NCBI RefSeq assembly: GCF_018350175.1
Contig: NC_058368.1
Location: 24,616,001-24,680,000, forward strand
DNA length: 64,000 nucleotides
DNA from: Felis catus
Lineage: Eukaryota
Direction of reading: 5' to 3'
Position numbers and translations under genes: made by a program. The notes beneath the pieces were generated by a model. The model saw only the letters and a program-made list of their open reading frames with translations, did not search any database and was not told where the DNA came from. Shown in pieces: positions 26,135 to 39,129 of this stretch (position 1 is the first letter of the stretch; every line of letters begins with the position of its first letter).

Positions 26135-26363
26135 TTTTTTTTTTTTTAATTTTTTTTTTTCAACGTTTATTTATTTTTGGGACAGAGAGAGACAGAGCAT
26201 GAACGGGGGAGGGGCAGAGAGAGAGGGAGACACAGAATCGGAAACAGGCTCCAGGCTCCGAGCCATCAGCCCAGAGCCTGATGCGGGGCTCGAACTCCCG
26301 GACCGCGAGATCGTGACCTGGCTGAAGTCGGACGCTTAACCGATTGCGCCACCCAGGCGCCCC
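26135..26363 (-). mobile_element. Young felid Can-SINE
   Basis: Near-consensus with CpGs retained. Confidence 0.96.
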
Positions 26364-26380
26364 TTTTAAAGAATATTTTA

Positions 26381-26578
26381 GGGGCGCCTGGGTAGCTCTG
26401 TTGGTGAAGTGTACAACTTCAGCTCCAGTCATGATCTCACATTTGTGAGTTCAAGCCCAGCATTCATTGGGCTCTGTGCTGACATCCAGGAGCCTGCTTC
26501 AGATCCTCTGTCTCCCTCTCTCTCTCTCTGCCCTCCCACATGTGAGCACACTCGCTCTCTCTTTCAAAAATAAATAGT
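26381..26578 (+). mobile_element. Can-SINE
   Basis: TSD AAAGAAT(A/T)TTTTAG; head-to-head with the previous copy. Confidence 0.94.
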
Positions 26579-26589
26579 TAAAAGAATTT

Positions 26590-27130
26590 TTTAGAGCTGT
26601 TCGGGGTTCCCAGCAAAACCGAGCACAAAGTACAAAGATTCCCCTATACTTCCTGTCCTCACACATGCAAACCCTTCCCACCATCAACATCACCCACCAT
26701 TTGTGCATTTGTGACAACCCACAGACCCACACAGACACATCATATCACCCACAGCCCAAAGTTAACATCAGCATTCACTCTTGGCGAGGGACATCGTATG
26801 GGTTTTGACAGATACATAAAAACGTGTGTCCATGATTATGGTATCCTACAGGATAGTTTCAGTGCCCTAAAAATCCTCTGTCTATTCACCCCTCCATCCT
26901 CCATAAACCCTGACAGCCACTGATCTTTTTACTGTATGGTTTTGTCTTTTCCAGAATGTCATGTAGTTGGAATCACAGTATATGGCCTTTTCAGATTAGC
27001 TTCTTTCACTCAGTAATATGCATGTAAGTTTCTTGCATGTCTCTTCATGGCTTGATAGCTCATTTCTTTTGAGCCTTGAATAATAGCCATTGTATGGATG
27101 TACCACTGTTTATTTATCTGTTCATCATAT
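26590..27130 (-). mobile_element. L1MC-like 3' fragment
   Basis: TTTTCCAGAATGTCATGTAGTTGGAATCAC...TCACTCAGTAATATGCAT...TGGCTTGATAGCTCATTTC. Confidence 0.85.
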
Positions 27131-27559
27131 CTTTTTTACCTTTGTATTTCAACACCTAGCAACCTGCCTAACCCATAATAGAATCTGAGCAGATACTCTT
27201 TAAATGAATGAAGAAACAAACAAATAAAGCATCTATTAGCAGGCATAGTCTACTCAGCCCAAAAGATAAGTATTAAGAAGAGGATGGGCTGGAAGTCTCA
27301 TTATTAGAATTATCAATCCTTGAATCCTGGGCCGGAATCCTATTGAAAGAAGCAATACTTTATGTATTATTTTATTTTGAGTTTTAAACCCAAATTTAGG
27401 ATTTGAAAGGTAAACCAATATTCACATTTATTCAAAATACGATGACTATAGATCTACTTTTACTAAAGAACAAAGATACACGGTAAGAGCCAATTCCCTT
27501 CAACTGTGACCTCTTTGTACTTTGCCAAGCCCACTTTCCTAATCCAGAAAACTGAAGTC

Positions 27560-27577
27560 TGGCGCCCTCTAGTGGTC
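27560..27577 (-). promoter_or_regulatory. Candidate CTCF binding site
   Basis: Minus strand GACCACTAGAGGGCGCCA matches core CCASYAGRKGGCRS at all 14 positions, in apparently unique DNA. Confidence 0.7.
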
Positions 27578-28307
27578 GCTCATCTGTAAAAGAGAAAGGC
27601 AATAAAAAGTTTTGTGTTCCTAGGACATTTTTATCCACTTACGACTTCTGGTTTAACAGCATCCGTCTGGAGAAAGATTGCTTCCTTGCAACTCATGGCT
27701 TCTTATGCTAGCAATGTCTCCCAACAACTTCACGTCAGAATATTCTACCCACCAAACGTGCAATCGGACTGGATGCGATTTTTCTGTTGGTAGCCAGTGC
27801 AGCTTTGTTTGCTTTGAGGTCCTGTGGTGTATTATAAAGAAAATGAATAAACATAAATGGGATTAGAAATTAATTGCTTCCAGTCTCCCCTCTCTCACGC
27901 ACTCCCCATCCCCATGCCTCGTTGACCAGTTAGCTGTTGATCTTGCAAGGTTACTTAAGTGTCATTTTCTTGATAAAACATTTTCTGGGTTTAAAAAAAA
28001 AAAATGGTCTACCTCTTCTTGGTGCCCCCACCTCCCTGCAGTCTACTATAATGGCCGACAACTATTGTACTTCATCAATGGTTGTGCTCCTTGAGTGCAG
28101 GCTTTACATCTTGAGGAAAGCAACTACTTATTCCCATTCACCCAGAACTTAGCACAGAGGTGCGATAAATGTTGATCGCAAATTGAAGATCAAGGCAGGA
28201 GGTCATCATGGAATCAAAGAACACATAAAAACACGTCTCTTGGCACCTCAAGACTCTTCTCCCTTTTGCTTTCACTGACCTCCTATTTGTTACAAGACAA
28301 TGAACGT

Positions 28308-28520
28308 GCGGCACCTGGGTGGCTCAGTTGGTTGAGCGTCCGGCTTCAGCTTGTCATGAGCTTGCATTCGTGGGTTCGAGCCACATGTGAGGCTCTGTAC
28401 TGACAGCTGAGAGTGTGGATCCTGCTTCAGATTCTATCTCCCTCTTTCTCTGCCCCTCCCCCACTTGCATTCTGTCTCTTTCTTTCTTTCAAAGAATACA
28501 ATTTTTTAAAAAATTTAAAG
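28308..28520 (+). mobile_element. Can-SINE
   Basis: GGCACCTGGGTGGCTCAG head; degenerate TSD AAGAC(A/T)AT. Confidence 0.92.
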
Positions 28521-29069
28521 AAAGACTATAAAGGCAATGTCACTTCCGTAATGCCTGCAGACCCCCTAGATCTGCAGGGGATGAAAGGTAAATATTTCAT
28601 GGCTTCTGTATGTGCTTTGGAAAGTGTTGAGTCAAACCAAACTCTGAATATAATGAAAAGTTCAAGAGGGCTGAAAGCATCATCTTATTCCTCTGAGTAA
28701 GGGGGATGGGGCTTGATGTACTGATAAAAAAAAAAAAATGTGAGCTCAAAGTCTCTGCTTGCCCTAAATCACATGACTGATGAATGACGGAGCCAGGACG
28801 GGAATGTGTGCCCCTGACTCCCAAGTCCACACTCCATCCATTACACGGTGCAGTGCTTCCTCCTGGAAGGGAGCTCCACTCCTCAACTGGATATTTTAGC
28901 ATCACAAACCTACAATATTTCAGGAAACATTAGAACATTATTAAGATATTACAAACAATCCCCCCGACTAGGCAGTCCCACCCCAAGCCCAACTGAAATA
29001 CACTAAACAAAAACAAACCCACTAATGAAAACAAATGGACCAAACCGTTAACAACCCTCCCATAGGACC

Positions 29070-29278
29070 AGCGGAGTGTCAGGAGTATGGTGGTGGAATC
29101 AAGAGTCATTGGGGCTGCATCCGAATCCATGGTCTACCATTGCCCTATTTATGGCCCCAGGCAGTTGACTCTCCCTTAACTTCCTCGTTTGTAAAATAGA
29201 TTAAACAATCGTGTGTATTGAGAGAATTCAATGAGTTCAACTCACAGAGTCTGGCGATCAATTTTAGCTATTATTATT
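29070..29278 (+). mobile_element. MIR
   Basis: TTCCTCGTTTGTAAAATAG...TTGAGAGAATTCAATGAG...TTAGCTATTATT. Confidence 0.65.
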
Positions 29279-29400
29279 TGAAGATTTCTTTCAATTATCC
29301 AAATTGAAATGTCTACATTGGTGGAATTCACAATACTTTGTTTTTCTTTATATTAGCTAGAGTCTTCGATGGGTAATTTCTTTAAAATGAAGTTTATTTC

Positions 29401-29618
29401 GGGGCGCCTGGGTGGCGCAGTTGGTTAAGCGTCCGACTTCAGCCAGGTCACGATCTTGCGGTCCGTGAGTTCGAGCCCCGCGTCAGGCTCTGGGCTGATG
29501 GCTCAGAGCCTGGAGCCTGTTTCCGATTCTGTGTCTCCCTCTCTCTCTGCCCCTCCCCCGTTCATGCTCTGTCTCTCTCTGTCCCCCCAAAAAAATAAAT
29601 AAACGTTGAAAAAAAAAA
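29401..29618 (+). mobile_element. Young felid Can-SINE
   Basis: Perfect TSD TAAAATGAAGTTTATTTC. Confidence 0.97.
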
Positions 29619-31504
29619 TAAAATGAAGTTTATTTCACCTACTATGCTATATGTAACAGTAGAACCATCTGGCCTCTCTCTGTCTCTGTCTCTCTCTTGG
29701 TTTCAAAGTTAAAATAATAGTTTCAATACCATCACCCCATGTTCTCTTCTGTACTCTTTCGCATGTCCCACCTCTAGGGTTCGGGCGCCCAAAGCGAGAA
29801 ACTCTTTAAATAACTCAGACTCTGGTCAATACAGAAAGAGGAAGTCCTGCTTGTTTGCTTCTCTGAACACACCCCAAACGGATGCTGGGTCTTGGGGCTT
29901 TGATTGGTTTTGACTATTTTTATCTCCCTGTCTCTCTGACCTCTCATCTTCTCCAATACCAATTCAGAATGCAAATACCCCTTGATGGAATAGAATACGA
30001 AGAGTGCCTGCTGGCCAACTGGCTCCTGTATCCAAAAAGAGCCAACAGCAATCAAGGCACCCTGATCCCCGCCTTCCACTTTTCACTGTTGCAGACTGCC
30101 TTATTTCTCCTTTATCTTGACACACACATTCTCCTAGTCAAGTGGGATTGGCCTGGCCCTTAGGCAAGGGTTCCATCAGACCGTGTTTGTTTTCTTCCCA
30201 GAAAGTAAAAAGAATGCTTCTCTCCCAGAGCAAGTGATCACATCTTTCCCCACAAAAAAAAATCAACAGACAAATTTGTAGTGAGATCTTTGAATTGAGA
30301 GTCTTAGGAGCACCTACCCTGTTGACACCATTTGAAAGAGAAACTCAACTGAAAGCTTTCTGGAAAAAGGCAAAAAGTAAGTTTGGTTAACAACCACATT
30401 TGACTGTTATTACCCTGACAACCTTGAGCTTAGTAAACAGAGGAATCTCAAAGCGGGCTCCTGTCAATACCTAAGCATGTGACTCCTATAAGGATTAACA
30501 GCTGTGACTCATGGTGTATAGACAGAAATTTGGGCTGAAGTTCCCTGACTTAGCACTTCAGCATCCTGGTGAAACTACATATCCACAATCTGGTAGATTT
30601 TGTCTCTTAAATTCAAACCACGTGTGTGGACTGATTAAATAAGCATATGTCATAACATATTTGGGCAACTATTGGGCAACACTGAAAAGTTGGCAATAGA
30701 TCTCATAAAAGTTACTCAACTGTCTAGTAAGGCAAGGCAGCCTTTGAAAACATGGCCCCTCGCCGTTTCTTTAAGCCCTTGGTGTGAGCAGCTGCAGGAC
30801 TGGTGAGGATTGAAAGAGTTGCTCTTCTTTCATGAACGAGGTGAAAATAGAGGACTGGGGGTCAAGCCAGAGATGTGTGTCTGCACTGAATCAAGGGAGA
30901 ATGAAGCCCAGCCAAATCCCACCCTCTATCTGCATCAGATTTATGGAAGCAATGGGTGAAAGCCACCTTCCTCATATGGGTAACTGGAAGTCAATTTCCT
31001 ACCTCTCTGCAGCTTTGAGGGCTGCATTAGAAGGCTCTTGAATTCATTGGGAGTTGGTTCTTAGGACCTTTTATCTTTTCTTAATTCCTTATTTTTTACG
31101 GGTAGTCATTCACACATGATGACGCATACCAAGTACCCCAAACACACTCACTTATCCCACTTTCTGGTGTCACAGCAGCCAGGAAATACAAAAGTATTTA
31201 TTGAGATATTCGGATTTGCAAGTTGGTTAGACATTTCCCTGCTTTTTTGTGACCATTGTGGCTATTCAAAATGATGGTAGACAAATAGGTCTATATGCTC
31301 AAAATCAACACGCCAGAATTCTAATCTCATATCTAAATTGAATGTGATAACCTCTGATTGCCTGTGTATGGCAAGGAAGAGATCTGGAAGCAATGTCCTG
31401 GAACCCTGGGAAAAGGAACATTTCAGAGAGGAGGAAATTGTCAGATGTCCCAAATGCTGTAGATAAGTCAGTAAATATAGGACTCAAATGTATGCATTGG
31501 GCTT

Positions 31505-32305
31505 TTAAAAATAATTTTATTGAGGTATAATTGACATACAATAAGCCACACATCTCTAAAGTATACAGTTTCATAAGTTTTTTGTATGGATACACCCTAA
31601 GACCATCACCATGATCAAGTTGATGAATACATCCATCAACCGAGAAGTTTCCTTCTGGTCCTTTGTAACCCCTCCTCTCCATCCCTTTCTATCCTTCTTT
31701 CCCAGGCAACTACTGATCCATCACTATAGATTAGTTTGCATTTTCTCAAATTTTATATAAATGAAATCATAGTATGTACTCTTTTTTTAAACTGCCTTCC
31801 TTATTTTGGGAATGGGCCTAATTATTTTGAGATCGAGACTCACCCATTTTGGAGCTTTGTGTAAATAGCTTTCCCTCCTTCTTCCCTTCCTCCCTTCCTC
31901 CCTTCCTACCTTCCTTCTTCCTTTCTGCTGAATAGTATTCCATTGTGGACTTAGCATGGATGTATCACAGTTTATTTATCCATTCTCCTTAGTGGATAAA
32001 TGATGGACATTTGGGTTGTTGCCAATCTTTGGCTTATGCAGATAAAGCTGCTTTGACTGTTCATGTTCATGTCCTTGTAGGAACGCATGCTTTCTTTCCT
32101 CTTGGGTGAACACCCAGACTGGCTCATATGATCTGTATATGTTTAACTTTTAAAGAAACTGCTGAACTGTTTTGCAAAGCGGTTGTACGATTTTACATTC
32201 CCATGAGTGGTATCAGAGAGTTCCGGGCCTTCCACATCCTCTCCAGCGCATGGTAGGGTAATTTTTTAAACTTCAGCCATTCTAAAACTGAAGCCATGAC
32301 ACCTC
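31505..32305 (-). mobile_element. Old L1M fragment (apparently inserted in an L2 remnant)
   Basis: TTTATTGAGGTATAATTGACATACAATA...GATGGACATTTGGGTTGTT...TTTTACATTCCCA. Confidence 0.88.
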
Positions 32306-32811
32306 ACAATCGGAAGGTCCTGATAATCTTCAGAAATCATTTCCATTGCAGTTGTGGGTGCACAAGCCAGACTGCAATGGGCAGAGGAGGCAGAAGTTAA
32401 GCCGTGGAGACAGTGTGGGCTGTTTTCAGAGACCGGGCTGTCAGGGAAGGCTCCAAGTTTATGGACAAGTCATGGTCATATACTCAAAATAGGTCTACTT
32501 TATATCTCAACTAAAACATTTTACAGTTTACTATTTTCCCAGTTCACCATGTGGGCGGTTAGGTGGGGCCTTGTAAGGATAAAGCTAAAGGATAAACTAT
32601 TTCTTTTTATTGTTACCAATTCATAAGGCCACGTTGCTTCTTGAAAAGTATCTAAGTGTCAGGGTTGGATAAAAAGCAGCTGGAATTCTTCAGCCCTTTC
32701 ATCAAGCTTTAAATATGTCACATGTGTCCTTCTCCTTTCCAACAGGGCACACCCAAGCAGAAGACACACAGGGAGCCTGGGAAAGAGAGACAAAGACAGA
32801 GTGAGAAACAG

Positions 32812-32865
32812 ATAGGGTGACATCTGTCCCAGTTTGCTGGGGACTGTCCCAGTTTTGCACCAGAC
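32812..32865. mobile_element. hAT-Blackjack MITE end (MER81/MER94-like)
   Basis: TAGGGTGACATCTGTCCCAGTTTGCTGGGGACTGTCCCAGTTTT. Confidence 0.6.
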
Positions 32866-33216
32866 GTCTGAGTCTGTGAGCGTGTTGTGTGCTTTCGCCC
32901 GAGCTAGAGGAAGAACCAAATTTATAAAGCTAGAGGACTCTCGTGGAGGACAGAAGATGTCACAGCCTCAAATTCCTTTATGGAATATTTCTCATTTGTC
33001 CCTAAAAATGTGAAGTGTAACTTCACAAATTAATGATGTATCATGTGTGGAAGAGTTGTACAAAAACCAGGGGTTCGTAACTGGAAACGTTTCAGAGCCA
33101 CTCACTCAAGTGAGTAGATCCAAGGAGAGCAGGGAAAAGGTTAGGACGAGTTCAGGCTCCTCCCCCCACATACCTCTCTCTGTTGTGTGACAACCGGTTT
33201 CTCCTACCCTTTGGGA

Positions 33217-33680
33217 TGCCATGCGGGTTGAATCGTGCCCCCCCTAATCCCAGCTACCTGTAATTATGATCTTATTTAGAGTTGGGGTCTTTACTGATGT
33301 AATCAAGTTGAGTTACTACTAGATTAGACTGGGCCTAGATACTAGATACAAGATTAGATGACCCAAAGACTAGTGTACTTAGAATAAGAGGGACCTTTGG
33401 ACACAGAAACACACACGAGGGAAGAAGGCCATGTGACAATGGAGGCAGAGATTGCAGTGATGCACCTATAAGCTAAGGAATGCCAGACTTCTGGTAACCA
33501 CTAGAAGTGAGAAAGGCATGGAGTAGATTATCCCTCAGAGCTTCTAAATAGGAACCAACCCTGCTGGTACCTGGATTTCATATAGGTAGACCCCAGGACT
33601 GTGAGAGAAGAAATTCCTGTTGTGTTAAGCCATCCAGATGGTAGTACTTTGTCACAGGAGCTGTAGGAGGCTAATACAGA
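33217..33680 (+). mobile_element. MLT1B/C-type MaLR solo LTR
   Basis: GGGTTGAATCGTGCCCCCC...GGAGGCAGAGATTGCAGTGATGCA...GCTAATACA. Confidence 0.88.
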
Positions 33681-33919
33681 TGCTTCCACATATGGAACCC
33701 AGTGATCACTTATATCCTGAACATTCATTTCACAAAAGTTTATTGAGTAACTACCATGTTCCAGGGCCTGTGTGGGCATAGTGGGAGAAGCAGAGTAGAA
33801 TGTCAAGGCCTGGCCTCCTCCTTTGCCTAACTACCCAATTGTACTTTCCAAGTCTCCATGTAGCTGTTACCCCTAGAGGGTAACAAGCCTTCCCCTCACT
33901 ATATCTCCCCAGGAGGGTT

Positions 33920-34305
33920 CCAATGGCTCTCAACCATCTCCGGGTATCAGAATCACCCAGGGAGCTTTTAAAACATACTAATGCCCTGTGATCTGAGATT
34001 CTGAATTCATGAGTTTGGGATGGCGCCAGGGTACTTGGTAAGATTCTAACTTGGGTTGGGACTCTCTGTTAGGGCGCTCCTCCTCTGGGCTTTCGCCACA
34101 CCTTGTGACTTCTTCAGCCACAGCACCCTCAGTCTTGTATTGAAATAACACTCTTCTTTTCATCTAGAACATTTCTCGACTTTGGCTGCACACTCCAATC
34201 ACCAAAGGAGCTGAAAGTCCTCAAGTGCCTGACCAATCCCAGGCCACCTGAATCAGAATCTCTCCAGCTGTCTGCAATTGGCCGCCAAGTTTGGAAACTA
34301 CTGTA
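33920..34305. mobile_element. Two MER5-like hAT MITE remnants
   Basis: TCAGAATCACCCAGGGAGCTTTTAAAA; CTGAATCAGAATCT...GCCAAGTTTGGAAACTACTG. Confidence 0.65.
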
Positions 34306-35035
34306 CTATATCATAAACTTTTTTTGGAGCAGGAATCAAGCTTCATTGATTTTGGTAACTCCATTGCCAATAGACTCCTGATGCTTTATGCTGCTGCAAG
34401 CACACCAATAGATGTTTCTTAAGTAAGTTAACTCCACCAGAAAATGAGTTTATAACCCAGAAAGGAGGTCAAAACAAACACGTTACTATTTACAAAGTTG
34501 TAATAAGTGACATAGAATAAGCACTATAGAGCTGCATCTGTTGGGGGGAGTTGATGGATAAGGAGAAAAGTAAGGAAAGTCAACAATTACTCTCGAAAAT
34601 CCTTTAGGAAGGTGCCTTTATAATCCAGCACTTTCCCAAGATCATAGAAATGATGGCCGTTTCTTTGGTTGAACACCAGATGAAATAATGGGCTTGCATT
34701 TAGGAATTGTGTTGATTACAAGATCCAACTCTTTGAATGCTAGAATCACACTCAGTTTGAGAAGACACTCTATGGAAGGCTTATAGCACTGGAGATCCAC
34801 TGAGGGGGAGAGCTGGTTAATTAATTTCAACTCGAATAGGAATTTCCTCACCATCTAAACTGTACGCCCTCCCTTTTGAGCAAGAACATCTATTTTAATT
34901 CACATTTTTAAAAAATGTGTATATCATTCCACTCCTTTGTACCAGCAAATAGCTTTGTGATAAACAAAAAACAAATAAAAACAACTTTACATAAGGGAAT
35001 TTAAAAAAAGATAAGGGAATAAAAGATAAGGGAAT

Positions 35036-35261
35036 TAAAAAAAATTTTTTTTATTGTTTATTTATGTTTGAGACAGAGAGAGACAGAGATAGAGTGCCAG
35101 CAGGGGAGGGGCCGAGAGAGAAGGAGGCACAGAATCTGAAGCAGGCTCCAGACTCTGAGCTGTCAGCACAGGGCCTGATGCGGGGCTGGCACTCACAAAC
35201 CTTGAGATCATGACCTGAGCCAAAGTTGGACGCTTAACTGACTGAGCCACCCAGGCGCCCC
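35036..35261 (-). mobile_element. Can-SINE
   Basis: Ends GAGCCACCCAGGCGCCCC. Confidence 0.95.
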
Positions 35262-35789
35262 TGGGAATGCTTTCTGAATGGGTATAGGACTTGAGCCACA
35301 CTTAGGGTTAAATGAAATCAGGATGGGAACAAAGGCAGTCTCTCATAGCTACTTCTCTTTTGTGCACCAGCTGTCTTCTCTCAGGCTTCTCTATACATTA
35401 AGGGTTCATGGCTACCAGTGGTTTAGGATACATGCTTAAAGCTCCATCTATAAACTGAAGAGACTATAAAACTATAGAGAACATAAAACTTCCTTTGAAC
35501 TCCAATTCGGGAAACCTCCAAGGAATGACTCTGATTGGCCAAGCTGGGGTCACATGACTATGGTGGAGGCTAGATGGGGTACCATGACTGAAATCCCCTC
35601 CGCAAGTACCGGATTGGAGCAGAGGAAAGAGCTACCAAGAGAGGTGGCCCCATGAGAGGTCAGTAAAGCCTGAATGACACTGGTGCCATTAAGTACAAAA
35701 ACAGAAACTCATCAGTTAACTGGGTGAGAGCTACTGGAGAAAGAAGGACCTTGAACACCCCCAGACAAGCAATTTAAACTGATGTTCCA

Positions 35790-36020
35790 GGGACGCCTGA
35801 GTGGCTCAGTTGATTAAAGTGCCCTGCTCTTGATTTCGGCTCAGGTCATGGTCTCAAGGTTAGTGAGATCCAGCCCCACCTTGGGCTCTGTGCTAACAGT
35901 GCAGACAGAGCCTGCTTGGAATTCTCTTTCTTTCCCTCTCTCTGCCCCTCCCCACCTTGCAAGAGCGCGTGCTCTCTCTCTCTCTCTCTCTCTCAAAATA
36001 AATAAACAAACTTAAAAGTA
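35790..36020 (+). mobile_element. Can-SINE (host of the next copy)
   Basis: Outer TSD AAA(C/T)TGATGTTCCA at 35776 and 36292 brackets both copies. Confidence 0.93.
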
Positions 36021-36025
36021 AAATA

Positions 36026-36291
36026 GGGGCACCTGGGTGGCTCAGTCAGCTAGGTGTTCAACTCTTGATCTTGGCTCAGGTCAGGATCTCACAGTTTGTG
36101 AGTTCGAGCCCCACACTGGGCCCTGCGCTGATGAACGTGGAGCCTGCTTGGGATTCTGTCTCTCTTTCTCTTTGCCCTTTTCCAGCTTGTGTGTGCGCTC
36201 GCTCTCTCTCTCACAACAAATAAATACACTTAAAAAATAAAATAAAATAATATAAAATAAAATAAAATAAAATAAAATAAAATAAAATAAA
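36026..36291 (+). mobile_element. Can-SINE nested in the A tail of the previous copy, (TAAAA)n tail
   Basis: GGGGCACCTGGGTGGCTCAG head; long TAAAA array. Confidence 0.93.
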
Positions 36292-36606
36292 AAATTGATG
36301 TTCCACAGGTACATGGAGAATGAGTTGCGTACCTGATCATTGAACAGGAGGCTGGTGTTCAGGGGAAAGGGAAGGTCTTGATAGGCAAATATGATGTGAT
36401 CTGCACAGAGGAAGGTTAGGGGAGTTGAAGTCAATATTAAAAGAGAAAATAGAAAGAAAAAAGAAGAAAAGGCTGAATGTGAAGGGAGCCCCTACGCAGG
36501 AAGAGATGGAAGAGGAGAGAGAAAAGTGCAATCCAAGAGCTAGATGGAACAGCTGAGAGAAAGGCACTGTGTGATGCTCACACACCTGAAGAAGGTGTGG
36601 CTGAGT

Positions 36607-36805
36607 TTTTAATGTTTGTTTACTATGAAAAAGAGAGTGGGGGGGGGGGGATGGTGGTGGAGGGGCAGAGAGAGAAGGAGACAGAGGATCCGAAGAGGCT
36701 CCACATAGACCGCAGAGAGCCTGATTCAGAGCTCGGACCCGTAAGCAGTGAGATCATGACCTGAGCCAAAGTCGGAAGGTCAGCTGAGTGAGCCACCAGG
36801 CACCC
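36607..36805 (-). mobile_element. Can-SINE
   Basis: TSD GGTG(T/C)GGCTGAGTTTT. Confidence 0.92.
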
Positions 36806-37496
36806 TACGGTGCGGCTGAGTTTTGAATGGTGACGGACAATAGGATTGCCCAGGAGAGTGCGGTAGGAGTGCACATTCAAGAGAGTAGGAGGATAAGGAG
36901 ATGTTAATGGGGTGAACCTCTTCTCCTTGGGTCTTAAGCTTTTCCTCCCCAGCCTTGCTGCCCCTCCCCCAGCCAAAGTCCAGACGTGTAGCAGCAGGAG
37001 CTAGCACGTTAAGAGGAGCTAGCACGTTAAGCTAGACGTTAAGAGGATGGGTTGTGGGTCTTCCAGCTCACAGATGCCTGAGCTTTAATAACCCTTTCTC
37101 TGACTCAGAGCCTTTGATGCTTATCAGTAACCCAGATGAGATCACTGAATTTATCTGTTACAGTGTCATTATATTTAGGGCCAGTCTTCATGAAAAAGCA
37201 GGAAGCTATCTATTAGAGGCAGAACTTCCCATGACCCTCCTTGACTTGCAGCTGATGACTGGTCCACTATCAAAGCTTTATCTTGTTAGTTTGAGGTTTT
37301 GTTCCCTGTGAGGACACAGATCCCATTGGGGGAAGAGACCCATGTATCTGCTTTACGCACGTGATTTCGTTCCTCATTACGCTACTTCGAGATGCTTTGC
37401 TTGATGGTCTATCTCCTCAACCAATCCACGCACTAGTCTATGAGGGCATACGTTGTGTTTCATCCACCTCTAAACCCCCAGTCCTCGGCACAGCCA

Positions 37497-37686
37497 AAGG
37501 TGTGCTAGGGCCAGCTTGCACCATTGCGCTTGTATCTTCCCAACTCTGTGTTCGGTGATATCGCATTGGTAGCTCATATCAGCCATGGTGGCAGCATTCA
37601 CGCCACAGAAATTGGTAAGTGCTACCAAATCAGGGGCTCCCCCTCTCCCGGATGGTGGTTTGGTAAATATTTACCACCACACCACT
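37497..37686. mobile_element. MER63-like hAT MITE
   Basis: Ends GGTGTGCTAG... and ...TTACCACCACACCACT; body CAGCCATGGTGGCAGCATTCACGCCACAGAAATTGG. Confidence 0.7.
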
Positions 37687-38091
37687 CCCCGTCCTGCTAG
37701 ACTTAGGCAGCTTATTTTTCCGTTGAGCCATTGGAGTTGTGGGTCCAATAGATTTTAATGTGGTGCTACTGTAAAAGAATAGTGATCCCTTAAATTTCCA
37801 TAATGCTCTACAGCTAATCTATAGTGTTCCCCACGTGACCTCTTAACAGAACTACGAGGCAGGCCAGGAAGATCATTGAGCCCCCTGTTTTAGCCACCTG
37901 TTGAGGAAGGGACAAGCTCCGTGAACCCTCGCTGTAGGAGGAGGAATAGGAAGGAATTTCTCCCGTTTTCTTTGCCCTTTTTCTCAACCGTTTTTAGCCT
38001 TTGACATCTAACAACCAGACGTGGCTGCTGTGTTGGGCCAAATGACCCTTCCAGAATGCATACTGGAACAGTTAAGGGCGAAATTTAAATA

Positions 38092-38529
38092 CAGGCCTGC
38101 TTCATCTTATCTCAATTCACAAACATCGCGTTTTTTTTACCCATTGAAGACTTGTGGCAACCTGTATTGAGCGAGTCTATAGATGTCATTTTCCCAACAG
38201 CGTTTGCCCACCTCGTGTCTCTGTGTTATATTTTGCTAATTCTCACAATACTTCAAACTTTTTCATTATATTTGTTATGGTGATCTGTGATCAGTAATTG
38301 TGACTTGCTGAAATGAAAGCTCAGACGATGGTTAGCATTTTTTAGCAACAAAGTATTTTTTAATTAAAGTCTGTGCATTGCTTAAAGTCTCTACATTGCA
38401 TACTTAATAGAATGCAGTACTTTTATACACGGTAGGAACCCAAAAAGATCATTTGACTTGCTTTATTACAACACTCACTTTACCGTGGTGGTCTGGAACT
38501 GAACTCACAATATCTCTGAGGGATGCCTA
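38092..38529 (+). mobile_element. Tigger1-derived internally deleted TcMar element
   Basis: TA-CAGGC start, TGTTATGGTGATCTGTGATCAGT, GATGGTTAGCATTTTTTAGCAA, end AATATCTCTGAGGGATGCCT. Confidence 0.85.
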
Positions 38530-39129
38530 AGGCAGGCCATGAGGTAGACAAGCTAGGAGTTCACTAACCTTATCCTGCTTGAGTCTATGGCTTTCGATGA
38601 TCGGTATTCTAGGAGACCTTATCCTACCAGGAGACTTTACAAGTAGGCTACTGACAAACATGTTCCAGATTTCTGTGGAGGCCGAGCGGCTTTTCTCTGC
38701 ACTGTCTGTCTCTGTGTATTACCACCCCAGGGCGACTGGAAGAGGGGTGTGCTGTGATGTACTTCAACTGATGTGTTACAGATCACAGTGACAGCTCCAA
38801 ACCAGAGGCTTCCTTGGGGAGAAGACAATTGGCTCAGGAAATGGAATTGTGTGTCTTAAATGGAGAATTTTCTGGCTCTGAGTCCTGGCTCTGACTTCTG
38901 ACATGTTCCTTGGGATCAAGCTCCAGGTTGCCCCCCCTCGGAGTCATGTTCTTTGTTGGGCTCTAACAAGCCCGGGCCCCCCTTTGATAATGGGGCAGGT
39001 ACCTCAGCCCCTTGAGGGCTGGGTTGTTCTTGATCTTTCTAGTTTTCCTAGGTAGTCGGTTTTCCTGGCCCTGAGCCACGTTCAACAGCTGGACCTTAAT
39101 CACAGGCCTCATCTCTACTTCTTTTCTGT

